This document shows, one piece after another, positions 47,376 to 61,277 of a stretch of DNA of 64,000 nt. The position numbers and the translations under genes were made by a program. The notes beneath the pieces were generated by a model. The model was not told the origin of the DNA. It worked only from the letters and a program-made list of their open reading frames with translations, and did not search any database. Origin of the DNA: Lepidodermella squamata (Eukaryota > Animalia > Gastrotricha). The stretch lies in contig JBLDXI010000054.1 in NCBI GenBank assembly GCA_047495785.1, forward strand, positions 3,844,001-3,908,000, written 5' to 3'. Numbering within the stretch: the stretch's first letter is position 1; the number at the start of each line of letters is the position of its first letter.

Positions 47376-48357
47376 ATGAAGGAACTCGGAAAGAAAAAGG
47401 GTTTGAGTGCTAAGGAGGATGCGATCATTTTCTTTAAAGACTTCATGTCTGGAGGCATCGCTGCTGCCATTTCCAAAACTTGCGTCGCTCCACTGGAGAG
47501 AGTCAAACTGCTGCTGCAGGTCCAAGATGCCAATACTGCCATCACATCGGCTCAGAGATATAATGGTATCTTCGACGCGTTCCGCCGCATCCCCAAAGAG
47601 CAAGGCTTTTTCGCCCTCTGGCGTGGCAACGGGACTAGCGTGCTCCGTTACTTCCCCACTCAAGCTCTGAATTTCGCCTTCAAGGATCAGTACAAACTGC
47701 TGATGCAAGTGGACCAAATCAACCAAAAGACAAATCCATGGAAATTCTTCGGCGCCAATTTGGCCGCCGGTGGTGCAGCGGGAGCTACATCTTTGTGCTT
47801 CGTTTACCCTCTGGACTTCTCTCAGGTAAATTGAGCCCGGAAAATTTGATGCGCCTCATTGATTTTTGTGTCACCATTAGACTCGTCTGGCTGCTGATAT
47901 TGGCAAGGGTGGAAAACGAGAGTTTTCGGGTTTGGGCAACGTCCTAGCAACAATTTATCGGGCTGAGGGTATTCGCGGTTTGTACCGTGGTTTCGTCGTC
48001 TCCGTTCAAGGCATCATTGTCTTCCGAGCTTTCTATTTCGGCTTGTTTGACACTGCTAAAGCGATGCTTCTGACCGATCCAAAGAACACAAACTTCTTCA
48101 TAATGTGGGGTATTGCTCAAGTCGTAACTACCTCATCGGAGCTGGGAACCTATCCTTTCGACACCGTCCGCCGTCGCATGATGATGCAATCCGGCCGTGC
48201 CGATCGTGCCTACAAAAATGCGTTCGAATGCTGGTACAAGATTGCCAAGCTGGAAGGTTTCCGCGCCTACTACAAGGGCGCTCTCTCGAACATTTTCCGT
48301 GGAGCGGGTGGTGCCCTCGTATTGGCACTTTACGAAGAAATCAACAAATATATCTAA
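47376..48357 (+). CDS. ADP/ATP translocase (SLC25A4/5/6/31 family), divergent, 2 exons
   Basis: [32 protein letters not shown]..|TRLAAD and signature RRRMMM. Intron 47826-47880 (phase 0). Confidence 0.95.
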
Positions 48358-48806
48358 CTGCTGCCATATTTTGTGTACGTGTACGGTGTTGTGGTGTTGG
48401 GGGTATTTAAAAGTGATATCGTGAATCATTCCTTTGTTATTTTGGTGAGTGAAATACTGTAATAATTATCAATAGATTTCCTTTCTATGACAAATTGCCA
48501 GTGGTGTTATGGTCAGTGATTCGTATATAATGTTGGTTGTATTCCTAGATCGAAATAAATTCATTATATTTGAGGAATGTCCTTTACGTTATACATACCT
48601 GAAAGCATATAAATAATTGCACAAGCTGTCTTTAAATTTGCTTCAAGAATAACAAGATGAAACTTGCTGTAAGCTGTTTTTGAACACCAGTTATGTTGTT
48701 GTGCTTGGAACGAATTACCCATGGATATTATACACTTCGAAATGCCGGAAGAAATAAACGCCAGAAGCTGAAGTTTTACTCCTGCTTTTTCGTTAGGATA
48801 ATTAAG

Positions 48807-50441
48807 ATGAAGCGTGTTTTTCAGTCTTACGAGGACCAGTCCGGCAGCTACGGCGACCAACAGCAGTATCCGAAAACTTCGCGATTCGCCAAGTCGCTCT
48901 GCGTCAGCAATATTAGCGCTCAATATACTGACGATGTTTTGATCAACGAATTGCAGAATACGTTTCAACCGTTTGGCGATGTTCAGGTAAAAATTGCTGG
49001 CTACATGGGGCGCCGTGTGGCTTATTTGAATTTCTACGACGAAAAAGCGGCCAACGATGCTTACGATAAATTTCTATCGAAAACATTGGCGATTTTCGAC
49101 AGAACTGTTCACATTGAACCTGTGCGGCAAAACAGACCGCGCCAACTTCGTGATGGTAATAATGACAAGCCAAATGATCGGTACAACCAACCAAAGCCAG
49201 TCGGATCGAATTTGAGACGGGAAACTTCTGAGAATAAACCGCATCGATACGCTCACCACCTCGACCGAACGTTGCCTGAGGATGATCCGAACGCTACTCG
49301 GACGCTGTTTGTCGGAAATCTGGACCCAGCCATTACTAAGGAGGATATTTTCAAAGCTTTCTCTCAATTTGGCATTGTTCTCGATGTTGATATCAAGTAT
49401 TCAGGGCAAAATGCCGCTAACAGACCGTCGCAGAATCCGGTTTGTTTCGCTTTTCTCCGCTTTAAAACCGTGGACGAAGCGTATGCAGCCAAAATCGGCA
49501 TGTCGGGTCAAATGCTGCTGAGCCACACGTGTAAGATAGGGTACGGAAAAATCGTCCCATCAGCGTGTTTGTGGGTGGGAAATATCGCCGCAACAACGCC
49601 TGCCGCGGACATCGAGCGGGAGTTTCGGAAATACGGCCAAGTTTTGCGGGCAAAAGTCGAGACTAATGCGATGACGGGTGATCGCTTCGCTATATTTGTT
49701 TACGATTCCAACGACAGTGCAGTAGCAGCTTCCTCAAAACTGCGCGCTTATCGATTCCCGCGGACTAACAAACGAATTCGCGTCGATTTCATCGGACCTG
49801 ATGAATTTGATCAGTACGGAACGGGCGAACCCAGTTCTGAAATGGATGCGGAACCTGCAGAAACTGCGCTGCTATCATCGATTAAACAAGCGAGTTCAGT
49901 GTCAGATTTGCTGGCAGCTCTTCCACGCTTGGTTTCTTGCCAATTTCTCGTTAAATCATCGCTTTTTGTAGCCGATCTTCACGTTATGGCCGGCGATGGT
50001 GAAATTGTGGCGTCGCATTTGTACAACAACCCTGGCCAGGTGATAAAAATCAGCCAGCGGGTTCCCATCACGGAAAATCACGTTGAAGAATTGCGGAAGC
50101 GGTGTCAATTGGCTCGCAGTGCTTACTGCGTGTTAATGGTCGGCCCTAGCACGGATCAGAATTTGATAGCGCGGGCTCGGAAATCGAACTCTCAGCTTTT
50201 CGTCCGGCCACTTCGAGCTTTATCGCAATACCTTCAAGCCAAAAGCACGATGGGAATTTTCATGTTGCAATCTATGCCGTTTTCAACCAGTGTTGTGCTT
50301 TGTTATTTGGTACCGAACTGCCCATTCGTGGAAAACCTGCTCGGCAAAGCTTGCCCGAATCTCTCGATTGACAGTGAAAACGCTAGTAAAGACGATTTTC
50401 TAACTCTGATTTGTTTCCGCTCAGCGCCACTGCACGCATGA
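48807..50441 (+). CDS. RBM15: RBM15/spenito-like protein (3 RRMs + SPOC)
   Basis: HHL..LPEDDPNATRTLFVGNLD, CKIGYGK, LWVGNI, RIRVDF, and a C-terminal SPOC-like domain (KISQR, LRALSQYLQAK..GI). The first in-frame ATG is at 48807. Confidence 0.85.
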   Translation: MKRVFQSYEDQSGSYGDQQQYPKTSRFAKSLCVSNISAQYTDDVLINELQNTFQPFGDVQVKIAGYMGRRVAYLNFYDEKAANDAYDKFLSKTLAIFDRTVHIEPVRQNRPRQLRDGNNDKPNDRYNQPKPVGSNLRRETSENKPHRYAHHLDRTLPEDDPNATRTLFVGNLDPAITKEDIFKAFSQFGIVLDVDIKYSGQNAANRPSQNPVCFAFLRFKTVDEAYAAKIGMSGQMLLSHTCKIGYGKIVPSACLWVGNIAATTPAADIEREFRKYGQVLRAKVETNAMTGDRFAIFVYDSNDSAVAASSKLRAYRFPRTNKRIRVDFIGPDEFDQYGTGEPSSEMDAEPAETALLSSIKQASSVSDLLAALPRLVSCQFLVKSSLFVADLHVMAGDGEIVASHLYNNPGQVIKISQRVPITENHVEELRKRCQLARSAYCVLMVGPSTDQNLIARARKSNSQLFVRPLRALSQYLQAKSTMGIFMLQSMPFSTSVVLCYLVPNCPFVENLLGKACPNLSIDSENASKDDFLTLICFRSAPLHA

Positions 50442-50959
50442 ATTTGTTTTGTTGCAGTTTATTCTTTTGAAGCTACTACCATGCGCAATTTTTGACTGTG
50501 TAATTGTGACCGAAACAATTTTGCATTTCTTTTCCTCTGATCGAAATAAAACGGAATACGACGAACAAGAAATGACTTATGCCCGTTTTATTTGGTTTAA
50601 TATCGATCTTTCACAGAATAACAAGACGCCGCGCCAGAAAAACGCTTCTCTTTCGTTGGTGTATAAAGTGGAGCAACATCGACAGACCCGCTGCACCGCA
50701 TCTAGCGCACAGAGGTACATGAAGGGCGTGGAGTGGAGACGCAAAGAAAGTTTTGTACAAAAAGTCTTCGTATTAGTAATGTCGCTGTCGCGCGGCGGTA
50801 TATTCACATTATTTTTTCAACAATCGTAAATAATGCGTAATTAGTAATTTTTTTCTGTCAGTCAACAAATAAAAGAGATTTGAAGAATAAGAGCTTCGAA
50901 TAATTTGCGTGGTATAAACGGTTGAGAGACGAGAGAAGAAAAAACGCAACAAATTCAGA

Positions 50960-53900
50960 TCATAGTTCGGATGACGCTTCGATAATAGCATCCTCGCCCT
51001 TGGTAGATTCTGGCGTCGGCGCCGCTGCTCGGACTTCACCGGCGGTACAAGCAGCGTCTTGTTTCAGCTGGAGTGTCAAACTTGCGAACACGGCGAGGCT
51101 TCGCGCCAGCCATGCCGCGTTGAGTAGCAACTGCTTCAACTTTTCGTTGAGGGCCACCGCTTCGGAACTCGACAAAGACTGCTCGTCGACGACGGACAGG
51201 CCCGTTTGGAGGCAGCAGCTGAAGGCGTCGAGTGCGTGGGTCAAACTCGTCGACAGTTGGCTGATGCGCTGAAGGCTTGTAACGCCGTTGTTGCTGTAAT
51301 GCGAGTCGAGAAGAAAGCCGGCGGTTTCGGCAAACGCAAGCACTGCATCACCCGCAGAGCTCGCGAACACCGTCTTGCTGCCGTGCCCAACCGATGTCAG
51401 CATAGCGCGGCAATGATTGACCAGCTTATCAGACTAGGAAAATAAATTCGAAAACAATTAAGGTGGCTGGAAATAATTAGTTTACTCACCAAATCATCGA
51501 GGGACGATAGGTTGATTTCAGGTTTCAATTCGCCATTCGTGAAGCTGTTTGGCGACGCGAAGTCCTGGGTTCCGAACACTGACAACGAGAACCGCAGCCC
51601 CGAGCTGTCAGCGACAATCGAGGCTAGTTGCGCATCGACGTCCATCGCCTGAGAGCGGTTCAGCAAAACCCGCGTGATGGTCGCTCGCAACTGGTCCGAT
51701 GGCAAATTGTTTATCGCTAGGAGCACGGGTGCCGGTAGCGGCGACATTTGACGCTCGGCTGATAGCGGAATGTCATCAGTTCCTGACTCGGACGACACGC
51801 CGATGTTCGAAAAGTTTTGGTCGTCGAACGCCGGCAACGGGAATGGATAAGGCGGAGGCGGCGGTGGCGCGCATTCCGACGGCGGGTAGCCCATCGAGTC
51901 CAACGTTGTAGTTGTCTCATTCAACTCGGGCGGCGGAGGCGGCAAATCGTCCGTTAGCGAAACAGTGACGATATTGTCACAGGTCATTATGGCAGCAGGG
52001 TCAGTGATACCACATGATGCCCATAGATGTTTTTTCTCCTCCTCCTCGCACCCTAGGGTACCTTTGAGTGCCATGTTGAACGAAAGCACGATGTCGTCAA
52101 TTGAGTGGTTCCGGCTCGGCAGTGAAGAGCGGCGAGGCGGCGGTGGGGGTGGTGGAGGTTTTTCGAAGCAGAGCGGGTTGTCGACAACCAGCTTCGACTC
52201 GTCGTCCTCGGAGTCGCCGAACCCAGGCGGCGGCTCGAATCGCATTTCGAGAAGGAGATCGACTGGCGTAGACGGCGCGTCGTCCGAAGGCGGCGACAAC
52301 ATCGGAGGCTGGTGCGAGCGTGGCGAGTCCATTTCGCTGCCGATCCCGCTTTCAGCCTCGGTGTGATGGTGGTGTTCTGTAGTCGAAGATGCGTTGACAG
52401 CCGAGCTTGAACGAGCAGCCGGGGTCAATTCGGAAATGTTGGGACAACTCGTGCTTTCAGTGAGTAAAAACTGATGTTGGAGCATCGACGTTTCGCCAAC
52501 TTGTTCCGTGTTCGGCGTCGTCGATTGCCCAATAGTGAGATGCAGCAGTGCTTGGCGCGGATGCTTAGCGTTCTGCCTCACAGTTGAGCTACGCTGGTGA
52601 GCGTTTGCGATTCCTAATAGAGAAATATTCATAACAGATTAGTATCACTAAAATCCCGGATTTAGCCGAAAAATCGAAACAAATGGAACGACTATGATTT
52701 TGTTGTCCCTTCTCGTATTCAGAAAATTCCTTAGTATTCCTTAGGGGCTAATAGAATTAGCTTGGTAATAAAGGGAGCAACAAACTTTGATCACTCTGGT
52801 TTGTGCTGGCTGCTTGCGGTTGTGTGACGGTCGTTGTTGATTGTTTTGACGATGGCAAAGACGAAGCAGCAGTATTATCGACTGCGTCCGCAACGACACC
52901 GCTGCTGCTGTTATTTGTCGCTGGCTGTTCGCCTGTACATCGGTGGGACAATAATCGCACAATAAATAACAACTCGATAAACTTCTTGTAGCGTGCAAAT
53001 GCCGCTTATATTTTCTAATGAAATATTCAACATCGTCTTCATGCTACATTACCGCGCGCGCGGAATTAAACCTCTATGAAATTTTATCGCAAAGCTGGCG
53101 GAGCGGCTGTACATGCCAGGCCCCAATAATGAATCGATTTCTATTTATTCCTCATCGTCTCAGGCATTTAAAATGCAAGAAATTGCGCCGCTGTTTTTTT
53201 TCCTTTCAATGTTTATACGACATTATTGTACTACATCGGGCCTTGATAATTTCACAGTCCGCTTTCTGCCCGGAAGACAACGCCAATAAAAAACTAGGCT
53301 TTACATCCCAGGGCGCTAAAAAACCAGCGCCAAAAAAGCAGATTATTTTTAGATCCTCCGCAAATTGGACTTACCGTTCGTTTCAATAATGGCGACGTCG
53401 CTATTAGTAGAGACGAGCAGTCTTCGGTATCTTCTGATGACGAAGAGGAAACTGTCTTTCAGCCAACGAGGCAGTAGAAATTGAATTGGCTATTTGAGGG
53501 GGTGAAAATCGGTTTACAGGCTTTTCGATATAATGTAATTTAATTCTCACCGTGATGTCTTTGATGACATGGTGAACGCTGCACGTGATGTTTGTAGGCG
53601 TTTGGCCGTTCCAATGCAGTCCTATGAGGCGAATATGTTCGAATCGAATAAGAAAAACTGGTTTCGTCTGCGTGAGCGAGGCTGGCAAATAGCTGATGCC
53701 GCAATTAGGGCCGAGTAACAGCGAGCACTTTTCTTCGGTAAAGCCGAGCAAAACGGCAGGAAACGAGTGGGCACCGTAGTCGGCCATGAGGCTTAGCAGC
53801 TTAACATACCTTATCGATGAGGTGCGGGAAGAATAATAAAACAACGGTGATTAATGAATATATTCGCAAAAACAGCCGATGATGAACTCACTGCATTTTG

Positions 53901-55671
53901 TAGTTCTGCTGGCCGGCGCCGCGTTGGCGCTCTGTGAGGTGGCGCAGTGATTCCGAAACTGCGTGCTCCACGCTGCGCCCTCGCCCTCGCTCGCGCACCC
54001 AGCTCGGAATGAACCTTTCCAAGCCGAACTCTTTACTGCAAATAGATGAATAAATGTTTACTCTTTCCTCCTTAAATAAATTGCTGCTTTCATAAACATT
54101 TCGTCAGCCACAGAATAAACCAGTACATAAGTAAGCGAAAATTTAGCGATTTTTTTTTAATTTCTTACTCTATGCGTCGAGTGGTCAGTTTGCCGGATAA
54201 ATTCGAAGCGATAGCGAATTGTAGGATGTGAAGCGCGCTCAGGTAAATGGCCTTATCGATGCCGAGTTCAGCTTCGTATTTCCCGGCCAACACGTCGTTT
54301 GTGCACTGAGTGTACAGGTAATCGAACGCGATCGGGTCGACGAGTAGAAAATCTTCCGGTTGCTTGGGCGGAAAAACAACACGCAGTGCCGCTTCATATT
54401 CGTTCGCCGCACACCAGTCGACAAACTGTAAGAGTAAAAATCGATAAGCATACTTCCTGGCTATTAAAAAAATCGTCCAACCTCGGAAATTTTCATTGTT
54501 TCGGGTAGGACGAACACGACCTCATTGGCACGTCTCAGCACAAAACCGAAATGTTGAATGACTGATATTCCTAATTTTTCTTGAAGTTGGCCCAGAATGT
54601 CGTTTACAGTTGTCTCATTGTCGTAGCGAAACGACCGGGTTTCGCCTAAATAAACAGTGGAAAGGTAAATAAATAAATAAAGGGAAATGTCCCACGATGT
54701 TTAACCTGATTCTAGCAACACACGAAAAGCTGACGGGAAAGGTTGAATGCTCGACGTTTTACGCCTTGTCGTATCGCTGGTGGATGGCAGGCGTCTTGAG
54801 CCATTCGTTCTTTCAAAACGATCTGTAACTTCCATTTCCATTAGTTGCTCACTCGTTGGTGGCGGTGGAAATGCTGAATTATCGGGAAAATTCGTGCTGT
54901 CAAATGACGAGTTTAGATTGCTTCGCCGATGAAGAGTCGACGAATCGATATTAGCAGTGTTTTCTGAAGACGAATTGCGAGAAGGCGGCGACGGTGGGAA
55001 TAGCGAGAATCCGTTCGGTGGCTCTTCTATAATGCAGTTGGAGTTCGCGTTGGCAACTTGAATTGGAGCAGCGAAATCTTCGTTGTAGGCTAAAATGCAC
55101 GATGCTACAGCACTGTCAGAACTGTCGCTTGAGCGGCCGCCGTCACGGTGACTTGTACCAGTGAGTGAAGCTACTTCGTAGTTCGGGCTGAAAAAAATAG
55201 TTCAGTTAGAGCCAAGCAATTAAAATAATGTTCTTAAATAGGTTTGAAATTTAAATAATTAATATTAAATAAATAATAATAGTAATAATTGAACCTAGCA
55301 TCGCCCGAGGAAAGGTTCATTGATAATTTGAACGACTGATCAGCATTATACCGCGGTTCTTCATGAACGGTTACGTAAATTGGGTCATCGACAGCAGGCG
55401 AGTAATGACGATAGCCGACGAGAATCACCGAACTGCCATCCCACCCACGGGGTGGCAAAGGTGGAGGCGCTTGGTGAAGGATACTGGATGCGTGTTCGGA
55501 CAAAGATCTCCGCCCGTCGATTGTGGCATTTTTGTACTCACCTAGCGACTTGCTAGGAGTCGCCCAGGTGCTCTTATTGTTATTATTATCGGTGTTTTTA
55601 ACGAGGGAAAACTGACTCGAGCCAGAGGGCCTCAGGTGTTGTTTTAGATTTTGTATCAAATTTTTAACCAT
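50960..55671 (-). CDS. FRMPD1/3/4-like FERM-domain scaffold protein, multi-exon
   Basis: FERM exons: FRVLLES|GETRSFRYDNETTVNDILGQLQEKLGI..HFGFVL, DPIAFDYLYTQCTNDVL, FGLERFIP, LLLGPNCGISYL. Pro-rich middle with PPPGF, C-terminal helical domain ending SEL*. The 5' end is uncertain. Confidence 0.75.
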
Positions 55672-58600
55672 TTAAAAACCTGTTTCCGGGTAAAACAAAA
55701 TCAGCGTTTTTAAAATAATGAAAACCGGAACTACTATAAGTAGTGGGTCTTGTAAATGAGCCGCGGATAATGAATTAACAAGAAAAATAATGAGTAAAAA
55801 AATAGCAGCTACCAGCCATCTGTAAAGATTAGACAATAATAAGTAGGTAAGTATGTTTAATTTTGTTTATGCGGTGGCGCGTTTAGCAATAAATAGATGT
55901 TTCGCCACATGTGCGGCGGCTGGTAAGCAAAAAGTGCGAAAGCGCGAAAGTCTACATCACAATCCTAATCTACGTGAGCATACACGGCAGAACAGATGAA
56001 ATGGTTGATGACTGAATAACTACCTAATTTGCATTTATGAAGACATGAACACTTTTCGCCGCGATAATAAGAGAAATTAGTGTGTGGACTAAGCTCTCTT
56101 CGATGTGTTTGCAATGCAATATTATTATTATTATATTAGTTTTTGACTTGCCAACTTTGCCAAAAACACGCATATAAGGCTAAGCGAAAACACACGACGG
56201 CGACAATGCCAACAAACAGCGACAAATAATAATAAACCTAGGAAGGTGTTTTGCGCCGTCGCGCTTTCGGTAGGCAGGCAGGTAGGCATATACAAGCCAG
56301 ATTACGCTCACTTTTTGAGCTCTCAGGGTGTCCACGTGCTTGACAGCTTAAAATAACGACGATGGCCACTTGTGTTGCCGCCACATTGCGCGTGCTTTGC
56401 AGCTAATAAACGTGTTGCTCACACAAACCACGGCGGCAGGTTTGTTGACTTTGCTTCCTCATCTACACTATCAACAGCGTAAAATTTCAAGTTTCCAAGT
56501 TAATGGAATTTAAACAAAATCCGTGCGCCGCACACCGCAAAAGGTAATGGGGGTCTAAAGCCTAATTGACGTGTTCAACGCGAATTTGCAGTGAGAATTT
56601 AACCGCCAAAAGCCGGGACAGCCTGCGGAATTAAGAGAGCACTGAGCGGAACTTGTACGCGCGGTGAGACACGGATACGTCAAAGGCCGTGCGAGCGCGG
56701 TTCGGCATCGCGTTACAAGCACGCGCTCACTTCATCGGGCCGTCGGGTTCACGGCAGCGGCAGCACGCTCGGTTACCTGGCGTTACAATAGCATGCAATA
56801 TATTTTCGCATTATTTTCTTCATTATTTTACGTGGCACGTGGCGTTTCAAGCGGCGCCGACCAACAGGATAAACAGGTTGTGATACTAATATATTAGAAA
56901 TTTTGCAATAACGAGCGAATTTATAATGGAGGAGCAGAGAGGGTAACAACGCGGCAACTAGCGCACGCGATTTTGAGGTGATACTACTACTGCGTCGTCG
57001 CAGCATCGCCGTGGCGAATCTTTCTGGCAAACACGGCGGCGGACCGGGGTCAGATAGGATGCAGATTAGTGAGATATTTATTATTGTTATTATTATCAGC
57101 AGCCGGGCAATAAATAATAGCAAGAAATAACAGAGAACATTGAGTAGGAAAGCGGTGGCTATTAGCAGGTAACTCGGCGCCGTTTCCGCGTTGACTAACT
57201 TGTTACGTATCTCTCGAACAACAACGGCGGCTTTGTTTGCCGCGCAGGCGACGATCGTCAAGAAGCAACTAGATTCATGGGCAGCCGGTTTAATGGCCGC
57301 GATCAAAATTTACGATGACGCCTGTTTGCCTAGGTTCGCTATATTTAGCTGGTATTTAGGTATAGGTATATGAAACCTAATGCATCTCTACCTAGCTTTC
57401 ACGTACCTCGTGACGTTGTGCTGCCGGTGTGATTATTAGGCCGACGGCTTCTGCGCTGCTGCTGCTGCTGTGGATGCTCACACGGCACGGACAAAAGACG
57501 CCGTATAGTTGTATTTTTAGCCCGATACCTATTGCAGGTATTTTGCGCAGCTGCCCAGCGACACGCACACTGTTGCCGTCGTTGTAGTTGCGGTCGAAAA
57601 AGAATACAAAATTACGCAGACGCTAAATTGCTAAAAACGGGAATGAGTTAGAAAAATATTGCCACTTGTCGATGAAACAGACTTGCCTCGGTTTTTCGGC
57701 GTCCGGCGCGAGGGTTCGTCCGCGGAAATATTTATGCTCGCGTAATAAACAGAGAGACAAATATCAAATGGTCACTCCTATGCACGTAAAACAATGTAGA
57801 GCGGGTATATTATACCGTGAGCAGGTTTTGTCACAACAACACTCTGCATATAACGGTTAGCAGAAATGATAATGCAAACATTATTTTTAACAACAAGACA
57901 TGTTGTTGTAACAAATAACAAAACAGCGTTGTGCCCGATACCTACGTGCGGCGAAGGAATTCGTGTCGCTGACATGCGCGCAGATCTCGCGCTTTAATTG
58001 CTCGCAATACCTTCATGATCTCAAGCTAATCAGTCTTTACACGCATTGTGCTATACCCTTGTTATTGATATACTTATTGGTTTTTATTAAAATCTTCCTT
58101 AAAATCACAATTGGTAAAATATGAATTCTGAAGCTTTCCACTATTTTCCCAATAAATTTCCAATAAATTAAACCAAATAACAGATGAAGAAACGCAATCG
58201 ATGAAATCTAGGGAAGCTAAAGCCTGCCCAAGTTTTTCGAAAATTCAAATTATTATATCTAATGATTGGAGTGAGGCATTGAAAATATGGGCGTTATTTC
58301 CAATTGTGCCGAAAACACGTGAGCGAAGAAATCACGCAAGACATCAATTACTTATTAGCTCTAGATCCAGCATTTTTTCTACGTATTGGCGAAATAGGAA
58401 AAACATGTCATGATTCAGGGGATCAGACCACGTGGTCTGTTTCTAAATATATAGTAAAAATGAAGCGTTATTGATATTCAGAAAAATTCTGTAGGGTACT
58501 AAGAAAGTGAATGCAAAAAATGAATGTTCGCATTTAATTCATAGTGACAGAAGCATTTTCGCTTTGTCAAAGAATAATCCAATTATTAATAACACATTAC

Positions 58601-61277
58601 ACAAAGGAGCCTTCCGTGTATAAAACCGAAAATAATGCGTAGTTTGCGGTGATATAATATCAGACGCATTTTGGGCCATTTATTTTCTTGGCAGTTATTA
58701 TTTTAAGCGATGCCATTCGAGCGTTGGTTGACGGCCGTTGGAGCCCGGCTGGTGGTAGCAGGTAGCATAATGTATTAAAATATTGTCATACAGAGGTTGT
58801 AATAACATGAGCAATGGGCTGCCGTCAAGCGCGCCAAGTTAGCCCAAACGCCGGCTCATCGTGGTGGACGACGACGCGTCTCGAGGTGTCGCCGAGGCGG
58901 AACGGAAGTCTCCTCCGGATGTTTAGCTGGCCGGCGCAGATTGACCAATGCATCTTGTACGGGGCTTTTTACGACGTCGCGGTAGAGAAACGGTTTTATT
59001 GTATTGCTATCATTCTCGCGTCGTTATATGACGACGTCTCGGCAGCGCAGTGGCTCCGCGCAGTCGAACGCATGGCCGCCGACGGCGAAACGTGATGACG
59101 GCGTGTTCGTCACCAGTTCTTGAAGAGATCAAGGTCAACAATCATCGACGACGAGATACGGGCCGCTACTTCAGAGCCGCACATCGGTCATCTTGTGGTC
59201 GACCATCGTCGCGCGCCTGCTGTAAGGCAAGGGCGTGTCTTATTGGTGTTTCCGCATCCTGGCACCGATAGAGAGCGAGATGTCATAGCGCAGCAAGTCG
59301 CAACTCTCTCAAATGTAGTAATGACAATAAAATAAGGCTACTGCCTCCTCTACTACTGCTGCTACGTCGACTGATGTCTTTACGTGGGTGGGCTATCTCG
59401 CTACTATGCAAGTTGGTTGACAATGTTGGGGATCAGTTATTGTATGATGTGGCACTTGTGAAGCGCTCCCGGGCGAGCAGAGGACTTTGCTCTCCACTTG
59501 AATGGATCCACCTTGTATACGATGTATTATATTATTACACTATTGTATTATCTATATAAGGGACACGACGAGAAGCAGGACTGTCCGGCCACGTAGTAGT
59601 TTTTCAATCTGTGCGCATTTTCGTGTTTACCCAGCTCATATACAAGGTCGATGGTACGGCACAGGGTGCGACCGGGCGAAACCAGGTAAACTTTATGATG
59701 AGATATCACTGCCGATGATGATGAAGACGGCGACGAAGAATAAGCTGGAGGGTGTGTGTGCCTTATTATCGCTGCTCGGCGCCACACTTTTCTAGTTAAT
59801 AAAAGCGCGCCCATTAAAAAGCTGACAGCAGCAGCAGCAGCAGCAGCCGCAGCCGAGCGGGTGGGCTGCACGACGGCTCTCACGGCAAACATTGCGCAGA
59901 ATCAGGGCGCAATTTACTCGCTCATTGTCGTGCTACTTGATCAAACGCTGGCCCACGCTAAAATACCGGCCGTAGTCTATGATAATTATTGGACGGCTTA
60001 ATGCTTACGCCAATTACCATCACTTATTTTTTGGCATTCTTTGAATGGCGCCTACTTGTTTTTCGGAGATTCAGTGTTTTTCGTAAACACTCTCCATGCG
60101 GAGTCAGTCCTGGATCGGCGTGCAAGTTGCTCTGCACTTCGCTTGTTTTGCATTGTTCCGCACGGTCACTCCCGAAGACGCGGCTCGATTCACTGAAAGA
60201 CTTCAGCATTATGTCTCATAAAAGGTTTATCACATGCAGTGCACTGTTACTATACCAATTTCATAATCATGGAGTTGTAGCAGCAAGCGGGCCTAATTTT
60301 TCCAATTCCAGTTCGGAAAAATTGTGCTTGCGACTGCTCTACTCTATAGGGAATCCTAGCAAGGGTCTTGGCTCAAAGGTCGGTGGAATCAGCTTAGCGA
60401 ATCCACATTTTCTGATTAGTCGGAAGGTTCAAAACCTGGTTAGCCCAAAGAAATCGCGTCATTTCAATTTTTTTTCCAGGATCGAACTTTTCAACAGGTG
60501 CCTAAATATTCCTTTCACGCGTCTTCTGACAATATCAACCAATAACAAATTGTAGATTCACTGGTTCCACTAAGCTTTTTTCTTCAACGTAGAAACACCG
60601 CGGAACCTTTAAAACAGTTACTGAACGGGTTGCTGTTTATTGCGTCCACCTTAAAAGTGTAATTCGTGTTCAACTGTTTTCCCGGTGAGTTTGCCGATTT
60701 TTCCGTGACGCTTTTCTTAATTTCACTGGAGACATACTCGACTGGGGTGAATGGGGTGTGGCATGTGTTTCGCTAAGTCCTGTTAAAATTTAAGGATTTT
60801 CATTCGTCGTGATTGCGCTGAAATTAGCCTGATCGGAGTTGATCAGACTTGGCATTTATCATTAAATTGAAAAAAACACGAAATAGAGAAAGAATTTGTA
60901 TTTTTATTGACCACAATGAGCTTCTTTCCTCAAACTCAACATCAGCTTTCTTTTCGGTCAAACGGAGCCAATAAGTGTTCGTTACAACACCTACAAGATC
61001 ATAGCAGTGAAACAACCTGGTTTCAGCATCAAAATTACGGAGCAAAAATAAATGTGTCCGAAAACAACGAGCAGAGAGAGATGATGAAATAATAATGATA
61101 ACAATGATGAATAAGAGTGGCAATAATATAACGCAGAACATCAAAAAGTATCAAATCATTTTCAAATACGAACACAAACATGACCAGCATACGCAGCCAG
61201 CACAATTTGATTGGCAACGCGAGAGAGAGAGAGAAATTCGACATGAAAAACAGACAAAACAAACTTGGTAAAATCAG

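Noticed and set aside
56000-61200. Short ORFs upstream of the FRMPD-like gene
   Set aside because: No domain similarity or consistent exon chain; probably regulatory, UTR or intronic DNA.
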